From a virus (lineage: Duplodnaviria > Caudoviricetes), in the IMG/VR virus record IMGVR_UViG_3300020042_008834, positions 1 to 40,699 of that record: DNA of 40,699 nucleotides. One strand, written 5' to 3'. A program made the translations under genes and the position numbers. Below are positions 34,741 through 40,699 of the stretch, piece by piece; position 1 is the stretch's first letter, and each line of letters starts with the position of its first letter. The notes under the pieces are model-generated. The model worked only from the letters and a program-made list of their open reading frames with translations. It ran no database searches and had not been told where the DNA came from.

Positions 34741-35052
34741 TTATAGCTCCATTAAAGTTGCATTCTCAATTGATTTGGTAATTGACTCCCATTTAGAAAT
34801 ATATTCTTGAATTGAAGTGTAGTGATTGTTCTCACTTGTATTTAACTTTTCTTTGGCAATAACTTTTAGTGCATGGTTGAATGTTGATGGATAACAAACT
34901 GATCGTAGATACGCTCTATCGTCTTTACCTCTATTCACTTTTTCGAACACTGTATATCCTCCTGAGCTTGAGTTAACAATAAAGTATGGTTCTAGTGTTG
35001 GATCTTCTATAACTGTATCCCCTACTGGGATGGTGTTTGGATTTCGTAACAT
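34741..35052 (-). CDS. Hypothetical protein
   Basis: IEDPTLEPYFI...YTV...Y...F..AL..IAK. Confidence 0.7.
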   Translation of the reverse strand: MLRNPNTIPVGDTVIEDPTLEPYFIVNSSSGGYTVFEKVNRGKDDRAYLRSVCYPSTFNHALKVIAKEKLNTSENNHYTSIQEYISKWESITKSIENATLMEL

Positions 35053-35062
35053 TTGTTATTTT

Positions 35063-35329
35063 TTAGTTTAAAATAAATTGTTTTAGTTCCTCTTGTGACA
35101 TTCTTCCGGATCTAGCTTGTGGTTTAGCTCCCTGTGCAATTACAGCTGTATGAGGAATTCCTCTTACTCCATACTGTCCTGATAAATTATCGGGATCGTT
35201 TTCCACATTTATTTCTAAGAAAGTAATATTGTCACTTTCTAATTCTTCTCTTACTTGAGTGAAAGTTGGTCCGTATTCTCTACAAGGTCCGCACCAATCT
35301 GCGTAGAATTTAATTACTTGCTTTGCCAT
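35063..35329 (-). CDS. trxA: Thioredoxin
   Basis: FYADWCGPC active site and cis-Pro loop GVRGIP. Confidence 0.9.
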   Translation of the reverse strand: MAKQVIKFYADWCGPCREYGPTFTQVREELESDNITFLEINVENDPDNLSGQYGVRGIPHTAVIAQGAKPQARSGRMSQEELKQFILN

Positions 35330-35465
35330 ATGCTCCTTTTGATTTATAGTGATCTGCTTTAGAAAACTTGGTTGCTGATTGTTCTACTGCTTGCTTTGGT
35401 CGGTTTAAAGTTGGAATCCATTCCATAACCGATTGATAAATTCTTTTTGCTGAATTCTTTGACAT
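35310..35465 (-). CDS. Small basic protein (51 aa)
   Basis: Read manually (MSKNSAKRIYQSVMEWIPTL...YGKASN); fills the gap between genes. Confidence 0.5.
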   Translation of the reverse strand: MSKNSAKRIYQSVMEWIPTLNRPKQAVEQSATKFSKADHYKSKGAYGKASN

Positions 35466-35497
35466 GTTCGTTTCTTTTTTAGTTATAGTATAATATA

Positions 35498-35689
35498 CTA
35501 AATTTCTTTTAAATATCCAAGCATTATTTGATTATTTATTCTATTTTCCATAGTAATATAATCTCCTATTTTATCTACATACCTAAACTGCTTCATTTGA
35601 AAATCTTTAGAATCGTTCACGCAGGTTTCCTCCCACTTGTCAGTAAGTTGGTATGTCTTTCCTCTAAATTTAAAAGTGAATTCTTCCAT
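35498..35689 (-). CDS. Hypothetical protein
   Basis: ORF track. Confidence 0.6.
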   Translation of the reverse strand: MEEFTFKFRGKTYQLTDKWEETCVNDSKDFQMKQFRYVDKIGDYITMENRINNQIMLGYLKEI

Positions 35690-35709
35690 ATCATAAGATA
35701 CGAAATTTT

Positions 35710-36162
35710 TTACATTTCTCCAACAGCTTCCACTAAAGCTTTCTTAACTGCTCCTGAGAATGCAGTTTTATTAAATGGGATATTATCATCATTCAAATCT
35801 AAGAATGTTGATTGAACTGTAACATTTGCATCTCCTTGACCCCAGTATTCCTCTTTTCCTATTATAAGTCTTAGTTTTACAATAGTAATTTTTTTAGTTT
35901 TAGAGAATGGACCAAAAGATGTATTTGTAGAAGGTGCTTCAACTGATAGTACTTCTACTTCAACTGGAGTTCCATCTTCACATATGTCATATTTTTCAGA
36001 TAGAATTTCTTCGGTCATTTGTTTAATTCCAAATACAACTCTTTCTTTTTTCATCTCAGGTGCTTCAACTTGTGAAGACACTTTAGTTACTGTGTAACAC
36101 TTTGGTGCTGTATCGGCTGACAGTAGAAATACTAGCGATAATAATAGTAATACTTTTTTCAT
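35710..36162 (-). CDS. Secreted CsgG-like small paralog
   Basis: Signal peptide; RVVFGIKQMTEE and GQGDA...LDLNDDNIPFNKTAFSGAVKKAL parallel the CsgG-family protein's RVGLGVSNIVLE and GSGEA...LDGLDDIKFNQSTIGISTKKSL. Confidence 0.6.
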   Translation of the reverse strand: MKKVLLLLSLVFLLSADTAPKCYTVTKVSSQVEAPEMKKERVVFGIKQMTEEILSEKYDICEDGTPVEVEVLSVEAPSTNTSFGPFSKTKKITIVKLRLIIGKEEYWGQGDANVTVQSTFLDLNDDNIPFNKTAFSGAVKKALVEAVGEM

Positions 36163-36164
36163 TT

Positions 36165-36959
36165 TTAAAAATCTAAGTTTCCACCAATTAGTACATTATT
36201 CATTATGCCAAATTTTGGTGTTGTGTTTATATTCATTCTCCAATTAGTATTTAACTTAAAAGATTTTGATACTTTAATTGAAACATTATTTCCTACAACC
36301 GCATTAAATGTATTTGAAGTTCCGCTTTTACTAATACCTAAATCGTAGTAAGGTGAACACACTGTTATAAACACTTCTGGTGTCCATTTAACTTTAGGGG
36401 TTATATTCATTTCCTTATTTGCCATAACAACAGCATAAGGAACTAATATAAAATAAATATATTTACTATCTTCAACCACAGAAGCTCCAATTTGGTAACC
36501 GTAATTAATTTTTTTAGTTAATTTCATATTAGTAACACTTCCTCCTATATTATGAGCAGTGCCCATTTTTCCAAAATTAAAATGATAGTACCAATTTTTG
36601 TTTCTGTAATAGGATGAATAGGATTGCTGACTTAGGTCGAAGGTAACTACAGCATTCACACCAAAACCTTTCCCATTACTTATCTTACTATAACACAAGC
36701 TAGTTCCATATCTCCATCCAGATTCAAATGTTGGATTCTGTAGTAGTGCAAAATCAGCAGATGTTAGCATAGGATTAGGCTTTACTAAAGATCCTCCTCC
36801 AAATGATTTTGATTGAGCACCTATAATGTTATTCTGAGTTGAGGTAAACTGCTCATTAGCAGAGGGTGGTGATGCTGCTGGTGGTGGAGCTGGTGGTGGG
36901 GTTTGCGAGTGTACTAAACTGCCCACCAATAATAAAGTGATTAATAATAATTTTTTCAT
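36165..36959 (-). CDS. Predicted outer-membrane beta-barrel protein
   Basis: Signal peptide plus Gln, Pro-rich linker, alternating beta strands, C-terminal GGNLDF. Confidence 0.6.
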   Translation of the reverse strand: MKKLLLITLLLVGSLVHSQTPPPAPPPAASPPSANEQFTSTQNNIIGAQSKSFGGGSLVKPNPMLTSADFALLQNPTFESGWRYGTSLCYSKISNGKGFGVNAVVTFDLSQQSYSSYYRNKNWYYHFNFGKMGTAHNIGGSVTNMKLTKKINYGYQIGASVVEDSKYIYFILVPYAVVMANKEMNITPKVKWTPEVFITVCSPYYDLGISKSGTSNTFNAVVGNNVSIKVSKSFKLNTNWRMNINTTPKFGIMNNVLIGGNLDF

Positions 36960-37046
36960 AATATTAAATAGTTTTATTTTCCATAAAGGAAATTAGAAAT
37001 GTTATCGTAAATTAATTCTAACAAATTAAATAATTTTTTCATATTT

Positions 37047-38480
37047 TTAAAAATTTAATTTACCACCTGTTAGTATTTGGTAGTTTAAAAATGATTGTCC
37101 TACTTCATATACTCCTGTAAGGCTTAGATTGAACTTAAACACCTTAGTTATTTTTAAATCCCATGAGTTAAATGGTACTGCTATTATTCCTGCATCCCAC
37201 CACTTACCTTCATAGAACTGAGTAAATGGAGAGTATACTCCTAGTATAAGTACGCTAGTACTAATTCTATCATTTAATTTAAAACTACTATGTGCTCCTC
37301 CTACAGCAGACAGGTTTAGTAAGGATCTTTCCCCCATTTTACCTGCTGTAAAATTGACACCAAACATTCCTGTTAGTTTATTATTTACTTTGTATGATTC
37401 TAATACTGTAGTTGTACTAAAGAAGTTTTTATCAAAATCCATCATAATAGATTGTGCACCTACTGTATTTAGTTTTTTAGATTTATTCATCCAAGATTTA
37501 TAAAAAGTAACATTCAAATTATTAACTCCTGAGGTAAAGTTGAATAGTACTCCTTTGATTCTAGTTCCTTTAGTGTTGGCATGAGTTATACTTCCTACAA
37601 ATCTAAAGTTTTGAGTTTCATCAGTATTGGCAATAGCTACTATGTCTCCAGAAGCAATTAAGCTTCCTACACTTCTAGCTGCTGTATTTGATTTTTTACT
37701 TCCTCCTGATGTTCCTCCACCTCCTGATGAACTTCCTCCATCAGCTGATCCTCCATCTACTGAGTTTGATAAAGAGTTGGCTAAGTTACTTCCTCCACCG
37801 CTTGATCCTTCTACAGATGACCCAGACGTTGAACCTCCTGTTGAAGTTGGTTGATTTGGATTTGTAGTGTTTCCTCCTTGCTGAGGTGTTCCCGTTGAAG
37901 GTTGTGTAGGTGTTCCTCCAGAAGTACTAGAAGGGGTTTGACTTGTTTGGCTTGAGTTACCTGCTGAGCTTGTTCCAGTAGTTCCTGTATTCGCTCCTGT
38001 AGATGTATTTGTATCTGCTTTTTTTTCATCTTTTGAATTTTGGTTAGTACTACCTCCTTCACTTTGTGAAGAGTTTGTTACGCCTCCTGCTGTAGCAGTC
38101 ATAGAACTTCCCATAGACCCTCCTATGGTTGCTATAGATTGAGCTACGTTTGTGACTGATATTACGTTTGTTACAACAGTTAAGGTGTTAGCAACTGTTA
38201 CATTGGTTATGCTATTTACAATAGCTGTGGTTACGGATTGGCAAGGTGAGTTTGTATTTTGCTGAGATACGGCTTGTATCCAGGTATCAAATGCTCCTGA
38301 AGAAAAATCGTTTGAATTAAAAGTGTTTTGATTATTGAAGTAGTTTACTACTACATTTCCTCCAGCAGGTACGAATACGCTCTTTGATTGTAGTGTACAT
38401 GGATCTGTATAGGTATAGCTGTACTGGGCTGAAGCCTGTAGGAAAACAAAAAATATAAATAAAGAAATCCATTTTTTCAT
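37047..38480 (-). CDS. Predicted outer-membrane beta-barrel protein with Cys-pair N-domain and S/T/G-rich linker
   Basis: Signal peptide ASA-Q, YTDPC...SPC, low-complexity linker, barrel ending GGKLNF; paralogous to 36165..36959. Confidence 0.65.
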   Translation of the reverse strand: MKKWISLFIFFVFLQASAQYSYTYTDPCTLQSKSVFVPAGGNVVVNYFNNQNTFNSNDFSSGAFDTWIQAVSQQNTNSPCQSVTTAIVNSITNVTVANTLTVVTNVISVTNVAQSIATIGGSMGSSMTATAGGVTNSSQSEGGSTNQNSKDEKKADTNTSTGANTGTTGTSSAGNSSQTSQTPSSTSGGTPTQPSTGTPQQGGNTTNPNQPTSTGGSTSGSSVEGSSGGGSNLANSLSNSVDGGSADGGSSSGGGGTSGGSKKSNTAARSVGSLIASGDIVAIANTDETQNFRFVGSITHANTKGTRIKGVLFNFTSGVNNLNVTFYKSWMNKSKKLNTVGAQSIMMDFDKNFFSTTTVLESYKVNNKLTGMFGVNFTAGKMGERSLLNLSAVGGAHSSFKLNDRISTSVLILGVYSPFTQFYEGKWWDAGIIAVPFNSWDLKITKVFKFNLSLTGVYEVGQSFLNYQILTGGKLNF

Positions 38481-39190
38481 TAGTTCGGAAATATCCCCTT
38501 TTTAATCATTTTACTTACTACTCTTGAAGAGGCAGTTTCTAATGACTTTTTAGTGGATATACCGATTGTTGATTGATTAAATTTAATATCGTCGAGTCCA
38601 TCTAGTAAGTTTGCCTTCTTCACTGTAACTGCCTCACCGGATCCTGACCCAGTAATTATTTCACCGCTTTGTGCATCCACAAATCTTACTTGTAACCCTA
38701 ATATTGTTTTTTGTCTTATCTCAGCTCCAGAGGTTGAAACTTCTTCATCCTCACCTATGCTAAAGTCGTAGACTTCTATATAAACAAAATACTTTGCTAA
38801 TATAACATTTCCTTTAACTTCTATTTTATTTTCTGATATACCCTTAGCAGAAGCTATATGCTGGGCAATCATTTTTTGTTTTATTTCTTCTTTGTCTTCT
38901 GTAAACTTAAATCTGTTTGTAGATTCTAGATATTCTAATACTATATTTGATACTCCTAAACCAACTCTTTTATCTTTTAGTTCTGGGTACATTTCGTACA
39001 ACTCTTCGTTGATACCAATTTTAAGAATCTGAATAGGAACAATAACATCACCAGTGTAATCAGATACCACAGCCAATGATTGCTTCTTTTCAAAATCTGC
39101 TTGATATACTTCAGTTTTAACAGACCCTATCTTTTGAGCAGAGCCTGTTAAACTAAATATTATTAATAATAATGTTATAAATTTTTTCAC
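38480..39190 (-). CDS. CsgG/HfaB-family outer-membrane assembly/transport protein
   Basis: Signal peptide; GVSNIVLEYL..TNRF...AKYFVY..VYDF...LQVRFVDAQSGEII.GSGSGEA. Confidence 0.7.
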   Translation of the reverse strand: MKKFITLLLIIFSLTGSAQKIGSVKTEVYQADFEKKQSLAVVSDYTGDVIVPIQILKIGINEELYEMYPELKDKRVGLGVSNIVLEYLESTNRFKFTEDKEEIKQKMIAQHIASAKGISENKIEVKGNVILAKYFVYIEVYDFSIGEDEEVSTSGAEIRQKTILGLQVRFVDAQSGEIITGSGSGEAVTVKKANLLDGLDDIKFNQSTIGISTKKSLETASSRVVSKMIKKGIFPN

Positions 39191-39278
39191 TTTTCTCTAT
39201 TATTATACTTACCTACAGCATTTAGTAAAATAGCTCTTAGGCATTCGTATAAGATAAGACCCATTATTACATTTCCCA

Positions 39279-40268
39279 TTAGAACCAGTTTCTTGGATTA
39301 AATGCATTTTTTACTTCATTAGCTGCTCTATCAAGTGCATCTTGAGTTTCTCTTGCTGCTCTTTCTATCTCTCTTTGTGCTGCTTCTGCTGCATCTTGAG
39401 TTTCTTTAGCTGCTCTTTCTATTTCTCTTTGGGCTGCTGCTGCTTGTTCTGCTAATACTCTTTCAGCTTCATCAGCTAAACGTTTTGCTTCTGCTGCTTG
39501 CTCTTGAGCAATTCTAGCTGTTTCTTCTGCTACACGTTGTGCTTCTGCTGCTTCTTGAGACGCTAATAAATCTGCTGCTGCTTGAGCTGCTTGTGCTGCT
39601 GCCTCTTTTGCTGCTTCAACTTCATCTGATACATCTATTGTTACTGATGCGTCTACATCTACTCCAACTAAAAGTGCTAATTCACCTTCAACTCCTAATG
39701 TGATAGCTCCATCATCATAAGTAGCTCCACCACCAACTTCTGCTCCTGCCTGTACCCCTACAGATACTCCTGCATTAGCTTCTGCTGATACATCACCTGA
39801 TTGTGCTGTTACTCCGGCTTCTACACCTACTGATGTACCTACTGATGCTCCTGCGTTAGCTTCAGCTCCATGTTCTCCTATTGAAGCATTTGCTTCTACT
39901 CCTGCATGTGCTTCTGCATATGCTCCGGCATGTACTCCTGCTGTTCCGTAATCAGTTTCTACTTCTGTTGAAGCTTCTACCTCTACTTTTACTTCAGCTG
40001 TTACTCCAGCTGATGCTGAAGCGTCATGTCCATCCCATCCTGCTTGTGCTTCTGCTTCTACTGATGCTTCTGCTGTAGCGTGTGCTTCTGAATTGATGTT
40101 TACTCCTTCTACAACTTCGGTTGTATTTTCTACATTAGCATGAGCTTCTGCTGATACTCCTGCATTTGCTGATACTGATGTATCTGTTACTTCTGTTGTT
40201 GCATGTGCCTCTGCTGATGCACCTGCTTGTTCGTTACCTGCCGTAACCCCAATAGTTTCTTCTGCCAT
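39279..40268 (-). CDS. Ala/Gly/Val-rich beta-repeat protein with C-terminal coiled coil
   Basis: Repeated AEAHA/AEANAG strands then an AAQREIERAAxETQDA helix; no signal peptide. Confidence 0.7.
   Translation of the reverse strand: MAEETIGVTAGNEQAGASAEAHATTEVTDTSVSANAGVSAEAHANVENTTEVVEGVNINSEAHATAEASVEAEAQAGWDGHDASASAGVTAEVKVEVEASTEVETDYGTAGVHAGAYAEAHAGVEANASIGEHGAEANAGASVGTSVGVEAGVTAQSGDVSAEANAGVSVGVQAGAEVGGGATYDDGAITLGVEGELALLVGVDVDASVTIDVSDEVEAAKEAAAQAAQAAADLLASQEAAEAQRVAEETARIAQEQAAEAKRLADEAERVLAEQAAAAQREIERAAKETQDAAEAAQREIERAARETQDALDRAANEVKNAFNPRNWF
39336..39437 (-). repeat. Intragenic tandem duplication, 54-bp period
   Basis: tgcatcttgagtttct...ctctttg.gctgc at 39336 and 39390; encodes AAQREIERAA(K/R)ETQDA twice. 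Confidence 0.8.
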
Positions 40269-40284
40269 TTTATTTATTTGTTTT

Positions 40285-40656
40285 TTATATGTCTGACGAG
40301 TCAGATGTTTGTTGATCTTCTACTACTTCTTCTACAACTGGTGCACTGTAAAGTGGTCCTGTTATTGTTGTTGGTGTAATAATTAAAGCAATTTGTGCTT
40401 CTAGATTTGCTTGCATAGAAGGTACGTCTAGTAGGTTTACCAACCACCCTTCTACATCTGAAGCTGTTACTTCATCAAAGGGTGTAAAGTCTTGAGGGTT
40501 AGGCTCTCCTACTGCTGTTGCTCCATAAGTCTCAGCTGTTACTCCGTTTTCATCTATACCTCTGTATCTCCAGTGTATTGTTTGGATTACATCTGATAAT
40601 CCGTCTAAACTTATTGCTCTCTCTACTGCAGAGATTGTCCAATTAAATGTTACCAT
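40285..40656 (-). CDS. Small conserved phage protein of the type usually found near tail-fibre genes
   Basis: FNWTI...DGLSDVI..IHWR...FTPFDEVT...V.GW pattern. Confidence 0.65.
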   Translation of the reverse strand: MVTFNWTISAVERAISLDGLSDVIQTIHWRYRGIDENGVTAETYGATAVGEPNPQDFTPFDEVTASDVEGWLVNLLDVPSMQANLEAQIALIITPTTITGPLYSAPVVEEVVEDQQTSDSSDI

Positions 40657-40699
40657 TTTTATTTGTTTTTTTGTATTAATAAATCTTCTATATATTTTT

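Noticed and set aside
1498-40078. All plus-strand ORFs in the track
   Set aside because: They are antisense shadows of well-supported minus-strand genes, with no recognisable motifs or expression signals.
1-40699. Stop-codon reassignment (TAG/TGA recoding as in some Bacteroidota phages)
   Set aside because: Long genes are intact in the standard code and TAG, TGA and TAA all end genes at sensible boundaries. The single internal TAA in the sigma-like gene cannot reflect global recoding because TAA is the main stop.

Overview
A 40.7 kb fragment of a large T4-like, contractile-tailed (jumbo-type) phage. The host is most likely Bacteroidota, judged from -33/-7 type promoters (GTTG-N19-TAnnTTTA), AT/AC-rich leaders without Shine-Dalgarno sequences, and Gln after signal peptides. 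All credible genes are on the minus strand and use the standard code. From left to right: (1) A baseplate module (1-13 kb) with gp6-like and gp25-like wedge genes and an unusual spike locus. Three tandem paralogous gp5-like N-terminal modules each carry a different peptidoglycan-hydrolase domain (YkuD-like Cys peptidase, CHAP/NlpC-like amidase, GH19 lysozyme). They are followed by a stand-alone beta-helix needle gene and an apparently inactivated M15/VanY-like protein. (2) A sigma-factor-like gene with an in-frame premature TAA, an HD hydrolase, hpt and a lysis cassette (13-20 kb). (3) Four proteins sharing an MIKLxxILxE leader, probably capsid-packaged cargo (20-23 kb). (4) A GC-richer early region (23-33 kb) with HEXXH proteins, a MoxR/CbbQ AAA+ ATPase and its vWA partner under near-identical promoters, small paralogous ORFs, repeated palindromic sites and a G/C-tract repeat region. 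(5) After a microhomology junction near 33.82 kb, an AT-richer block with thioredoxin and a CsgG-family plus beta-barrel outer-membrane module. No tRNA, rRNA, CRISPR array or transposase was seen. Family assignments come from motif recognition by eye, not from database searches.
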